From the NCBI GenBank assembly GCA_036172245.1, contig JAYWIR010000008.1:2356001-2420000 (forward strand): a stretch of 64,000 bases of DNA. The letters are read 5' to 3'. The DNA comes from Raillietiella orientalis. Lineage: Eukaryota. Position numbers and translations under genes: made by a program. The notes beneath the pieces are model-generated. The model did no database searches and had not been told where the DNA came from. It saw only the letters and a program-made list of their open reading frames with translations. Below, piece by piece: positions 1-31,454 of this stretch. Position 1 is the first letter of the stretch; each line of letters begins with the position of its first letter.

Positions 1-224
1 CGGACTATTCGGAGCACTCGCTGTCTGACGCGTCTTTGCCCTACGGCGGCAGGTGCTTGGACAAGCGCCGCCGCGAGAGGGCGGATCTAGACAGGGTCTG
101 CCTGTCCGAGGGCTCGCGGGACAAGCTCGGCCTGCTGTCCGCGGACGTCTTCTTGAAGAGCTACATGCACAAGAAGTTCAGGAGAGCCGTAAGGAACCTG
201 GTCAAACAGGAGATGACTGCGTGA
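1..224 (+). CDS. C-terminal coding exon of an unidentified gene (5' part outside window)
   Basis: Frame open from position 3 to TGA at 222-224 (DYSEHSLSDASLPYGGRCLDKRRRE...VFLKSYMHKKFRRAVRNLVKQEMTA*), with strongly G/C-ending codons like the DDR exons. No family recognised. Confidence 0.55.
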   Translation, partial: DYSEHSLSDASLPYGGRCLDKRRRERADLDRVCLSEGSRDKLGLLSADVFLKSYMHKKFRRAVRNLVKQEMTA

Positions 225-3172
225 GAGGGACCCGCGTTCCGAAACGCCACGAGCCACACATCCAGCCCTCTACCCCTATCCCCGAAAAAGAGTCGCCCAC
301 GAATCGGGTGGAAGGCGGTTCCAGCTCGGGTGCTGTTGTCCAGTCGGCTCGCTCGGAGTCGAAGCTCCACTTCCACAGCTCTGGAGGGGGAGGGGAAAGA
401 GAGGGAGCGGGAACATTCCCGGTATTGCTGTTCCCCCCTCCCCCCCACCCGAGGCCACCAGTTTTCCGTTGAAGAAGAAAAAAAAAAAAAAAAAAAAAAA
501 GGAACGCCGACTCGAAGAGGGGGAATGCCCGGCGGTGGAGCACTCGGATCCCCAAAAGACCGGCGAGTGTCGGGTCCACTCCGGGCTACGAGACTTTTGG
601 AAGGAACCGGAAGAGGAAGGAAAGGGGCATGCGGCAGCACACGGCGTCGCCGGTCTGAGATGCCAAGGACTGTTTTTGTGTGTGTTTGCCGCTGCCGCTT
701 CTGCTCGCCGGCTGTGGTATCGAATTTCGGCGTTTTTATTATTGAAAGAAAGCGATTCTTCAGCAAGTGTTCCGTTCCTTTGCGCGCGCACGCATCCCTG
801 CGTCCAAAGACCGGGGAACGCGAAGCGGCGGCGCGGATCCGCAGGCACTTCCGCCGCCGCCTAGGAATCCAAGCCGACGTCGCCCGCCGCTCGGTTGCCC
901 GTGGTGAGCGCCGTCCGAGTGTCCCCGCCCCCTTCCCTCCCCTCCCCCCTCCCTCGTGCGGTACGCAGCCATCCACTCGTAGACGCACGGCGACGACAGA
1001 CCCCTAGCAACGAGGGATCCCGCACGGCCGTCGCCGAAGAAGGGAGGCACCGACGGGTGCAGCAGCGACCGGAGCCGGTCCAGAGACGCGACGAGACGAC
1101 GCGGGCCCGTCCTTTCAGCTCCGCCTGGAATGTTCTTCCGAGAACGCGTCCCAGGGTGGCCTCAAACCGCCACAGGAAGGGAAGAGAGAGAGAGACCTCT
1201 GCAACTTACGATCCCGAAGCTTTTCTTTGGGCATCTGCTGGCCGGAAGAGAGCTGGGCAAGACGGAAAGGATAGGGGGGAGGGGGAGAGAGGAAAACAGC
1301 CTGATTTTCCGTTCTGCCTGAGACGCCTTCCGATTGGTTCCTCTAGGACGAGACGGACGTTAGCGGCGTGCGATCCCCTGAGATGGGCACATCCCGGAAC
1401 GACCCACCTTTTCCCACTCTTGCAGCCGCAAGCATCCTCTCTCTCTCTCAGACCGCCAGCGTCTCTCTCGCTCCGTCGCCAGCACGCACCCGCAAGAAGA
1501 ACCTGCTAGTGCTTCTGGAAGCAGCGGAAACTTCCTTCCCGAAAGGCTTTCTTCGCCTTGCACGCTCGCACCCTCACGAAAGCGGCGCGCGCGCCCCTCC
1601 GGCTCATCGCTCGGGTTCGATGGTTCCTGGTTTCTCGCGCGCGTCCTCTGGAGTGAAGGGGATCGGAAAGGACGGCGACGCCGATGGGAGAGGCAGGGGG
1701 CGACGACGGGGACCCCACGATCCCAGGGAAAAGTCTCGAGAAGATTCCCTCCCCTCCTCCTCCATCCCCGCTTCCGGCAGTGGCGAAACGGGCACGGCGC
1801 TCTCGCCAACAGGGAGTCTGCGCCGTTCGTTCACGTGCAATCGCTTCCGGTGAGGAAACACGTGGAGTTTCTTGCAAGCGCGTCCCCGACCGCAACACGC
1901 CAGATCCCTTGAAACGACAGGTGGAGCAGCCATCGCCTGTTAGCTTTCCCTAGGCTTCCAGCGCGTAGGAGCACCGCCATCAAAAGGACCGGGAACGACG
2001 GAGCCCTCCCCGGGAAGGCCGACGACACTCGCCCGCTTCCCGTCAGTTGTAATCCAGATTCCTTGCATCCTCTTCTGCCACCTTTTACTTCGCTTTCCCT
2101 TTTATCTCAGCCTCCATCGCTTAACTGGTGAGAACTAGGGCCCCTGGAACAGGGCACCTGGATCGTCTGGATTTCCCAATTATTTTTTTGGCTTCCGGGG
2201 AGCCATGGCACAACGTGCAGCTACGCGCTTGCGCAGTGAGTTCATCCTCCCGCGCGCTCTCCACGAACACTTCCGGAAGGGGTTTCATGCCACGGAATTC
2301 CACGAAAACAATGGTGAACCACGCGTCCTCCCGTGGTCCCCGAGGCGGAAAGAAACCCGGTGGCCTGAGAAGTCAAAGGTCAGACGTAACCGCCACAACC
2401 AACGCGTACGCCGCGACCGATTTCGGGTGGCCAAAATCGAAGGATCTTTCGTGGAAAACTCGAAGTGCATCCGGCGTCCAAGAGTTCCTGTTGGTCCCTT
2501 TTCCCCGCGGTAACCAACAGGTTCGATTCCACACGTGCCCCACGAGACGGAATCGCCGCCATCCTGGTCACTCGGGCTACCTTCCCGAATTCCGAGCTTC
2601 ACCGTCCGAACAGCTCCTCGGCGCCCTGGCGCACACCAGCAAAGAAGCGGCTCAGTGAGATGCTCTTGTTCCTTTACGACCCTCCACGTTCGGGGGTTCT
2701 TCGTAAACGGCCCGCCCGCCCGTCACGGACGGAAGCCGGTCACACGGGGACGCTGGCTGGACGCACGCGAACCGAACGGCAAGGTTTACACGTGGTCGGC
2801 ACGTCCACCATCCGAAGAGCACCGTGGCTCCGGGTTCGGCCGTTCAACCACCACGCAGTTGGACTTTGCGAAACTACGGTCCACTACGGTCCACTCCGCC
2901 AGGCATCTGGAAACCCCTCCCCCCCCAAGCATGCGCGCACAGTGTTGACGCAAGAGAAGCGTTCAAACCACTCCGTGATTGATGGTGCGTGCCTTCTCGT
3001 CAAACTCGACCTTTCGTTTCTTTCTTCCCGCCTTGGTTGCAGTTCACTTCAACACCAATCACTCCCGCTGCTTCAGAGCGGCGAACGCGTCCCCGCAGCC
3101 ACAGCGCCTCCCAGGCGGATCGAAGCACACAGAATCCGGGACCAAACACCAGAACAACACCAGGAAAATCCT

Positions 3173-3178
3173 TTTATT
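3173..3178 (-). terminator. Candidate polyadenylation signal of Par-3
   Basis: AATAAA on the minus strand about 310 nt after the stop codon. Confidence 0.45.
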
Positions 3179-3486
3179 TACAACGGAGGGCGCTCTGGAT
3201 ACAGCGAACCTTCTCCTCCTCTGGTCGACGTCGCCTTGTCGTGCTGCATAATGCGGTAACAAAAATAGTTTGGTGCAGGGGCCTCTTTACAGGACTCGAC
3301 AGAATGCCCGCGGACTCGAAGAAAAATCTCAGTACGTAAACAGGTAGGTCGAAAGGAATGCGGACGTTTCCAATGTCGATAAAAAAATAAAATCTGATAC
3401 TGATATGTCTGAAGCTCGAAGCAAGAACAGTTCTGGAAACACGGTTTGGACTTTGGAGAGTTCGTCCTTCGATGGCCACCACCGTG

Positions 3487-22370
<18,884 letters not shown>

Positions 22371-24204
22371 CTTGAGCCGTGCAACACATTTTTTGGCAAA
22401 AACATAAACGTTCCCGAGTGAATCTGCAAAGAACTGTGTCTTCACACACCAGGCACTACGAACACCACTGATTAGTAAACACTCCTGCGGCGGATGCACC
22501 TCCGCCAGCAACCGCCGAGCCCGTAATCTCGTGACATCACTGCAGGCAGTGGGAATCTGACCAGTACGAGCAAATCAGTCATTATAATTTCGGCGTGGAA
22601 GGGCTCTCCCTCAAAGCACAAAAGCATCTCTCCGTTTCGGCCTGTTTTCTGGCCTTGATACCAGTTTGCAGGAGAAAAACGTCCTTCCTCGCATGGAAAT
22701 CACAAGATGCAGCCGAAGGCTGCAGCAGCATCGCTGCAGATGTTTGAAACAAAAGCTTTCTCGTTTCAGTACAAGATCGCTTGGTAACCTTTAAAACGAT
22801 CAGGGTGTTCAGGGAAAAAAAAAAAAAAAAAAACCACCACCGAAATAAAAAAAAAAGAAAAGGAAAATGAAATACGTGAGGATTGAACCAAATTACAATC
22901 GGGGTTCCCTCTTGTTTTTCTTTTCATTTGAATAAGGAAAGAAAGAAGTCGTGCACCTGGAAGACAAAAAGCAAACGAGCTGCTGCAACTGCATTTCCGC
23001 TTGCTTTTCATCTATGCGAGATTGCCGAGTAATGGCAACACTTCGTTCAGAAAAGGAGTCGACCTCACATATGTCCCAGGAAGAGTTGGTACCAATGGCG
23101 CGCGAAATGCGTCGGGGGAAAAAAACTTGGACGAGCATTTCCTGGTGCCAGTTCAACGAGGGGGGAAAAACAAAACAAAAAAGAAATGAACATTGCAGTT
23201 TTTCGAAAGACGATCGATCCAAAGTAGAACGTGGCGAAAATTTTGCATTCCGCATCAGGTTCGGTTCATCCCTCAGAAAGCCACATCAGATTTGAAAACA
23301 TTCTTTTTGAAAATTCCAACGGAAATTCGAGTTTTCAATTAGCATTCTTCAAATTTCACGTTACTTGAATGGGAATAGCGTTGCAGAGATTCACAAGGGA
23401 TCAAGTGTTTGCAACTTGACCATTAAAAGAAGAAAGAAAAAAAACATAAAGAACATTAACTGTTCGGTGACATATTCTGCACATGTTCGTGTGGTGACGG
23501 CTTCATGAAAGTCGAGACGAAAGCAAGTATTGCCAAAGACTTTAACTTAAGCAACGAAGCACAATAAGTGTTTTGAACGAGACGGGATTCAGAATACAAC
23601 ACCACCACACCAGTGGCTGGAACTTGACGCCAAGTACACATCCCTTTATACGTACAAATGAAATGAAGAATATTTCCCATTCGTTATTGCGATAGCTATG
23701 GTTCTATTCGTATGATTCACGCGCTTATGAAGAATCATGTTGCACCACTTATACCAAAAAATCAGATGCATGAAAAGGGCTAAAAACCAAACAGCTGAAT
23801 CCGAACTGTAGCAAATCGCTATGTACTCAACTTGAAGTGCATGACAAATAAAATGCATTCGGATGTGGTGCACCCAAGTCTGCTGGTGACCGAGTCTGTT
23901 CTGTTGTTGAGGGCCCACGAGTGCCCTTCTGCCTTTTTTTTTTAAATCTTTACACAAACAGAGAATATGCAGAGATGATATGCTGATCATCCGTGAAGGT
24001 TGAAACGTGGCTGTTAATTCAAAAAAAGAAAACTAGGTTTTCTCTAATGTATTCTTTTCATGTGGATTGTTTCTTTTTTTTTTTTTTTTGACAGCTATAA
24101 AATTTTAAGGATACAATAAAGCATTGAATATTCGCATAAATTTTAAAAACCTGAATTTTGCATGCCATAAAAGCTTTCAGGGAATCACAAAGACTTTGTA
24201 TCGA

Positions 24205-24455
24205 AAATTACTTTTCCCCGATTAGGACGGTGTGATTTCCACAGATCTGATTTCGAATCAAAATAAGCTGCCGTGTTCGAGGTGCCGAGATGTGGAAATT
24301 AAGAAATGAGTACAGTGTAACAGCGACAAACTTTTCTGAGTCTAACAGTTCTCCATTACGTAGACATAAGAAATGCCTTTCCAGCTGAAATACACTGTGG
24401 TTACCTTGATGACGGATTTTTCCAGGAATACAATGACTGCATGAGATTCCAGCCA
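24205..24455 (-). mobile_element. LINE reverse-transcriptase C-terminal fragment
   Basis: LRNGELLDSEKFVAVTLYSFLNFHI resembles LNG.....KFLGVTLD..LNF..HI. Confidence 0.35.
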
Positions 24456-25779
24456 TGTTTTTTTTTTTTTTTTTTTTTTTTTATGCGTAGGGTATGAAAT
24501 TTTTAGATTGTGCGGGGACTGGCGATCCTCTTTGCAAGGTATGGAAAGCCTTACATTCAGACTGTAAATGTCCCCTCTCCCCTTCCTTGCTACGAAAAAT
24601 TCCTGATTCCTTCACTATCTTTTAGCAGAAGGAGATATCTTCTTTGGGAGTAAAAGGAAAATTCTCACTCACTCGACTCCTCGTACCAAACAGCTGTGAA
24701 ATAACTCATACATGGAACTTTGTAACCAGTAAGAGCATCCCAGTAGGTGCATCCGATCAACAAGGAGAACATATTAACGCGTAAGGCAGAAACACGGTTG
24801 AAAAATTGCAAAGAATAGTGAGAAAAGAGCAACTATAAAAAAAAAAGTGTGGTAACAGACCAAATTTTAATTCAGCCCTTAGCCGAAGAAGTAGATGCAA
24901 GAAAGTTTTCAAGTAGGAAATGGCGTGCATTGAGTGCAAAGAGTGACTAACTTGAGCTTTATGTTTGCGGCAATATTCGGGAAGAAGAATTCAACCTTGG
25001 GAAAACAGAGAGCAAATAGGAATTTCCATTGGGAGCCTGAGCAGTTCGTACCATGGGAAACCTATCTTGAAAAAAAAAAAAAAAAAAAAACTCAGTGCCC
25101 TTCGATCTTTGTTGTATTGGCTTCCTGGACCGTGGAATATTTTTGCATCAACATAAATCAGTGACTTCCGAACAAGGAGGCTGTGCAACTACTTCCGTGG
25201 TCCAACTGCTACGTAAACCTGCGAAATACAATGATAGCAGATGGGATGATGAGTTCTGAGGGTTTTCGTGTGTGTGGAAGACCAGTCGCAAATTTCGACA
25301 GCTCTTTCTGCTAGAAATGTAGTCGAATAAAAATTATTGATAATTAATCACTGAATGATGTGTATGACCTTCAACTTCCCTTCTTCCCGTTACCATCATC
25401 CCTGAAAAGAGCTACAACCGTACACGTCTTTCCTACTCCCGAACCGAGTTTCAAGGCATCCTCCTGCAGGCTCGTATTCCTAAATTTCGCTTTCATGCTT
25501 CGTGAATGTCTCTTGAGAAATAACCTCAACGGTCACCCAAGAGATCATTGATTGACATTTCGGTTAGTCAGGGACAACACAAACTCATCAAATCCTATGT
25601 CGATGCTGCTCCTGAAACCATGTGTCCTTTTGCTGATTCTTCAGCAGCAAATGCGGTCAGGAAAAGGTGGTTCCATCTCCTCACCCACCTTCAGCCTATC
25701 GCTGCCACCTGTTTATTTTCACTGAGGATCTAACTCAACTGATTCATGTGTGAATCTTGCAGTGCATAACGATAAACTT

Positions 25780-26400
25780 TTCGAGTGCTCTTCGTCTGCT
25801 GATAATAAGTGCTTTTGTAAGGTTGGCAGAAAATAAAATCTTTATCCTCGTTTTCCTACATCTCTCGTCACGGCACGCTTTCCAGGTTTCAGGTTGCTTT
25901 TGCTAGCACTTCGTTGATCGTCATGGACCTGACTCCAAAGATACTTTTCTTGCTACTCATTTTCCCGCTACTCTTCAAACAGATAGAATCTGAATACACC
26001 TTGGCTCAAGGAAAGAGCAAAAGAAATCTTTTGTGCTGATGAATACTTTTCATTTACTGAACTTATTCCTTGCTTAAGATGGAGGAGAACGTACGAACTA
26101 CTTCGCTCAGTACAGTGTTTATGAGAACACTGTTTTCGTAGAAGCTCACCCGGAAGAACAAGCTGGCGATCGTAATAGGAATCCAATTGCTAATTACTTC
26201 AGATACTTCCTCTATCCCAAACATACATTAGGCAACCTGAGGAAGGATGAGAGATCTTCAGACACGCGGAATATTGCATTTGCTCTTTCTCTTTACATCC
26301 ACGCACTCAAAGCATCCTCCTATTTGAGAAACTAGGAGGGTGTTTTCCTGGGAAACGCGAGTGAAAGAGAATGTCTAGTGTTAGGAGCACATTCGGAGGT
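25780..26400 (+). mobile_element. Decayed LINE ORF2 endonuclease-RT linker relic
   Basis: WQKIKSL, DEYFSFTELIPCL, SSPG and CFPGK in the order of VW.KI, .PFT..EL..AL, SPGPD, G.FP..WK; many stops. Confidence 0.4.
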
Positions 26401-26849
26401 GTTGGGTTGCTATCGCTGCATTCTCACTGCCGAATGTGATATCGTTCAGCAATGATGACGCATTGCTGTAGGGTGGGAGGGGAAAAAGTAGCAACTGCCT
26501 GATCGTCGAAAAAGTAGGCTTTGCAGGGACAGCATCCCGAGGTGCATGGACTGTTGCGATGTCTGAGCTGCCGACAGTGATTCAGGGAGTTTCTCTCGTG
26601 GCAGAGGAGAGTGCACCCGACCCATACACCCATCAAACTGGGTAGCGCCTTCCGGGAAATCCGTTCGGTTTATTCGGAAAGTAGGGCTTTGCAGTAGGAG
26701 TGGCACAGCGAGAAGAGATCTTTCCATCGAGTGGTCACTCATCTGAACAGATAAGGAAACCACGGTTGCACTCAGGCCGTATCGAACTCGAATCTTACTG
26801 TTTCTCCATTTCCGTCACATCGATTCGCCCCCAACGGATCGAATGTGCT

Positions 26850-28000
26850 GCGTTTGCCGAGGCCTCGAACGATCACCACGAAAGCGTGGTGAACGCGGTG
26901 GGAATTCGCCGTCTCGTCAAACTATTGAAGGTGTGGAGACTTTTAAATAGTCAACTGACTGCTTTTGGGATCTTCCTGATGCTTTCCGGAATGGGTTAAT
27001 GCAAATCTGAAGATCACTAGGGAGCTGTCGTTCGCTCTGCAATTCGCTGCTGAGAATTCGATTCCCTGGCAACACTGATGCAGGAATCATCACTATTTCC
27101 TAAAAACAGCGAAGGGAATGGTGGAATCTTAGAGGGTCACAGACAGAACCCTTTTTCTCAAAAAAAAAAAAAAAAGACTGAGAAATCAGCTGACAGTTTG
27201 TCGGTTTCCACGCCATGACAGTTAGCATCGAAAGGAAAGGACGATCAGTTGCACGAGAGCCCGGCAGCAATGTTCAGGAAATCTGCACCTTTGACCAAAC
27301 TGCTACATTCAGATGCCTCCTGATAAGCCAAGAAAAAGCATGTTAAGAGAAAGTAAGTCCTTTCGAAAAAAAAAAAAAGAAGAAGCTATAATTGAGCCAC
27401 ATCCAAGGTAGCCAAGAATCTAGGAAGGCCGATGAATGCGTCGGAATCTGCATTTCGAAATTCCGGCAATTTTTCGGTGAAGGAGGGACTGAAATCGACG
27501 CAACTCCTCAGCCTGATGCTCCTCCATGCTCTTTCCTTTTTTCAATCTTTGAAACGACTGAAAAATAGAAAGGAACTCTACACTGAAGCAGTGGGGCTGT
27601 CCTTCACCACCTCGAGCATCAACGCAGGGCTCCCTACGTATTTTCGATTCGAGCTCTTGCCAGGGAGACTTGCTCTTGTTTCCCCAGATGCACCGAACCG
27701 AGTCATTCCGTTTGAAAGACCTGGAAATGAGGAATCTCTCATCTCTGAGAAGGAGCCTGGGCAGGGCCTCCGAGCTGAAGATGACACAACAAAGGATGTC
27801 CGCTGCTCCTTTCTCGACCTTTGAGCGTTTAGGTGAAGCTGCAAGGCCATGCTGGTGCACTGAGTCGTATCAAGAATCATTGAAAAGCTGAGTTTCCGGA
27901 TACCGGAAGATTGTGCCACACCCTGATCTCTCTTGAAAGCATTTCCTGCGAGCGACTCGAAAAGTTTCACTCTCTATCCGCTTTATCTGGGAAGATTGGA
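26850..28000 (-). mobile_element. Decayed hAT (ZMYM1-like) DNA transposase relic
   Basis: LFESLA...SFSMILDTTQ (cf. ELIELLA...YFSIILDTTQD), DERFL (cf. E.FLGF) and GISKCR (cf. DISKCRGQGYDG) in order, with frameshifts. Confidence 0.5.
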
Positions 28001-28873
28001 AAGATTAAAGTGCACTGCTGAACCGGAAATGGACCCAGCTAGGAAGACGAACCGATCTTTCCCTTTCACCCTGCGGAGGTGAGCGTTCCATTCGCCCGAT
28101 TATCACTGGGATGATGGGATCCCAAGAACCTACGAGAGAGTCAGCTCTGCCTGTCGAGGGAACGGAGGGAACCGAAAGGATCCAGGATCCTCGCCATCTC
28201 CGCACGTCCCACGCATCTTCTTGCGTCCGTACGAAGTCACGGTCTCGTTTCCGGAGATCCTCCGCCTGGGTGCGCGTGAGTTGCCACCGTCTCTTCTTGG
28301 ACTTCCACGTCGAGGGCGACTCACCGTCGGAAGGAGGACGTCCCGATTTCCCTCGGGGTACGATAGATGTGGCGGCCATGTTGGATGCTGTGGGCAAGCC
28401 CGAAACTGCTCATCTCGTCGAGGTGAAACTTCGGGAGCCTTCGGCTGCCGTGTCATTTCTGCAATCAGGAGGATGCCCGGGACAACTGAAGGGTTCAGCA
28501 AGAGGACGGTCACCTGGACGCCCGTGGTCCGGGTCGACAAGAGGACTCAGTCTCCTCTTCCTCCCTTCCCGGAGCGCTCCCGAAAGCGTCGGGGGTGCTC
28601 TCGGTGGAACGGGAAGCGTCCAGGGTGACCACTCTCTTCTTCCCTTACGCGGCACCGGATCCGGAAGGAGATGAGGGCCCACCGAAGGGAGGGTCTCGCC
28701 CTCCTGCTCCCTCCCACCGCAGGCGCCGCCACTCGGCGAACCTCTGCGCCGCGGGAGGCTATGGCGGGACGGCAACTACCGAGCGCCGTCTCTTCGCGTC
28801 TTCTGTGCCTGTGACCCGGTTGGTTCGCGGACGAAGTTGCTGACCGGGAAGACGTTGGTCCGAGAAGAACGGG

Positions 28874-29004
28874 AGCATCCACGATCGAGAAGTCGGATGC
28901 GCCCGTCTGAAGCGACGAAGAAGTGGTTTCGAGTTTCTGCGCAGATGGCGGTGCCGCCCAGCATGGAACGCATCCGGGAGATGTCCACTGGACGAACGAG
29001 CGCA
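28874..29004 (+). repeat. Dispersed repeat copy 1 (related to 31306-31454)
   Basis: Shared blocks agcatcc..gatc..aagtcggatgYgcccgtctg, cgagYttctgcgcagatggYggtgccgcc and cgaacgagcgca. Confidence 0.8.
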
Positions 29005-29059
29005 GAGCTGCGCAGCTGGGTCCCCAGGAGACGCTGTATACCTGCGAACGGCATTGTCC

Positions 29060-29140
29060 AGGCAGGCAATGGGGGTGAGTGAAGGGAGTCTCCGGTACCG
29101 AATGGGAGGCTGCGGGTTCGAATCCCGTCGACGGCACTCG
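29060..29140 (+). mobile_element. tRNA-derived SINE-like head (Pol III B box)
   Basis: GGTTCGAATCC at 29115-29125 inside a T-arm-like hairpin cgggttcgaatcccg; no full cloverleaf. Confidence 0.4.
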
Positions 29141-29569
29141 TGAGACCAAACGGCCTCGCTCCGGGCAAGAACCCCCTCACGCGCGACCATCTTCACAGGC
29201 GGAAGGGCAACCCGAAGGCAACCGGCGCTACTCGTTTCCTGGAAGGAACCCCGGAGGGCGAACTTCAAGTCCCGGTCAGTCGACGGGGCGTCACACTTCC
29301 ACCGGTGCCGCTCCCGAAGCGGGGTGAGGAGGGGGACTCGAAACCCGCGACACATTCATTTCCAGGAGTCGATCCTTCCCCTGCTGGACCCGCACTCGGG
29401 GCGGGCCACGCACACCCGTGGACACACACCGAGGCGCAGTCCTCCGCCTCCAGCAGCGACGGAGCTGGGAAGGAGGCGGAGGCTCTCTCAAAAATCCCCA
29501 TGTGGCATTCCCCATACGATACAGAACCTAAACGGGACGGGGTCGGGAGAGGGTGAGTTCCTTCAAAAG

Positions 29570-30860
29570 TTAGAACGAGCGTGCCGTGTGCACACACGGG
29601 CACGAACCACTGACTTGATCGAAGGAGAGGTCATCAGATGGAAAGCCTCAATTTTCCAAGGCTTCCTGGTACGAAATCATACGGGCAGAGAGCCACCTGA
29701 AAGACTGGACTAGCTGGTTGCTGCTTCCATCCGCGGAAGGAGTTTCCTGGAGCAAAACGGCGCGTTCGCGCTCCGTACAAGGAGTGATCAGGGGAGTGCG
29801 GGTCCGGGGTCCCCCACAGCGGAGTGTTGCGTGCTTAGTCCAAAGGTCTCTCGGGAAAAAAATCACGGCCGCCTGCTGGACCGCACGCTCTCGGCAGCAG
29901 GAAGCGGAAACGAGCTTTGCCGACCGGTAAGCGACCGCTGGCACGTTGTCCGCGCCAGAGAGCAAAGACGAAGAAGCGGTCGCGGCTGCTTTCCTTGCCG
30001 GCGTCCAAGGAACGGAACAAGACGGGAAGGGGTCTTGGAACCTGGCGCGAAATGTCGTCACCAGGATCGCGAAGAAGCGTCGGAAAGACATCGGTCAGGC
30101 AGATCCGTTGCTTCCTGAAAGACCCCACGCGCTGCAAGGCAACGTGAACGGTAATGGACACGGAGGTCGAAAAATCCACAAAAGGGAGGCCGCCTGGATC
30201 CGCTGCGGAAGTTTGTTCAGCCCGTTGCCTTGTCCCCATTTCCTTGATCTACTAAGAACTCTTCGCCAAGAGAACAAAACAAGGGAACACATTGTTTGCG
30301 CGTAATCGAAGGAGATTGAACTTCCTTTAATAAAGTTCCTTCTATGTTTGCTGATTTCTCCACTGTGTATCACTCATTATTGACTTAAGAAAGTGATGTC
30401 ATCGTGCACTGATAACGAAAGGACTGCTGTTGGCGAAGCGCATTATTGCTTTGCACTCTGGTCAATGTCTGACTAGTAAGATGTGCTCTTATTTTTCGGA
30501 TGCGCTCAGGAATCCGGTCAATGTCGGCTTCCATAAGCCGGAGGCATGAATGGCTTGTCCACTTCGATACTTCGGAACCGGGATGTAAACGCTGTAGGGC
30601 TGAAAAGGAACTTGATTTTGGGGCCCTGGTAAAGGGGATGCACCTTGCCACTTTTCATGCTGGAGTTGGCAATCCTGCGCGTAAGAAACAAACCCAAAAT
30701 CACGGTCACAGCGCTGGTTAAGTGTTCACCAAGAGCAGTATGAAGCACTTTTCCCAAAGGCACGGGAAGAACACCTTGTTTGCGTAGGGAGCGATGCGGG
30801 TTGAGGTAATCAACGCGAGCGCTCGCGCACCGAACGCAGTGACCTGACCCCGATTCCAAG
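29570..30860 (-). mobile_element. Decayed LINE reverse-transcriptase relic, probably interrupted at about 29760-30370
   Basis: MKSGKVHPLYQGP (cf. WK.A.V.PIYK), DRIPERI (cf. KILERII), NNALRQQQSFR (cf. NNLL..Q.GFR); weaker continuation at 29570-29760. Confidence 0.45.
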
Positions 30861-31305
30861 CCAGTTTGTAATCACGCCCAGACGGGAGAACCCTAAGCGT
30901 TCAGATCGCATTCCGGGAGAGTCACCTGATGCGTGCGACCGTACGTGACTCTGGGAAGCAGCCGTCGGAGCGTAGATTAGAAGCGTGGAGAGCGCGTCCG
31001 ATTTGCAGGGCGGACGGCAAGCTGGCGGATGCTCGCCGGTCAGTCAGCACACGGGAATGTCCTTCCTGTCGAATCAGCGTTCACTCGGGCACAGCAGCAC
31101 GTGCCGAGCACACTCCTTCAATTCGACCCGCGTCAACGTTCCTTCGGGCGGAGCCGCCGGGGCGAAACTCGTGAAGCGCACGTCGTTTCACAATGCGTGA
31201 AAAGCCAAAGAGAAAAAAAAAAGATGGCTGCTGCGATGTGCCACTCCGTGGGTCGCACGCCTATACAACAGGTCGGATGCACTGGGGAACCGAGCGCAGC
31301 GTGGA

Positions 31306-31454
31306 AGCATCCGGGATCAGAAAGTCGGATGTGCCCGTCTGGAGCGTCTGACGAGCTTCTGCGCAGATGGTGGTGCCGCCAAACCTCGAACGCAGCCAGG
31401 AGACCATCCACTCGGAACTCACCGACTGGGACGTTCTCCGAGCGAACGAGCGCA
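31306..31454 (+). repeat. Dispersed repeat copy 2 (related to 28874-29004)
   Basis: Same blocks as copy 1 with two indels. Confidence 0.8.

Noticed and set aside
29060..29140. Functional tRNA gene
   Set aside because: Only a T-arm/B box is present; no acceptor, D or anticodon stems could be folded.
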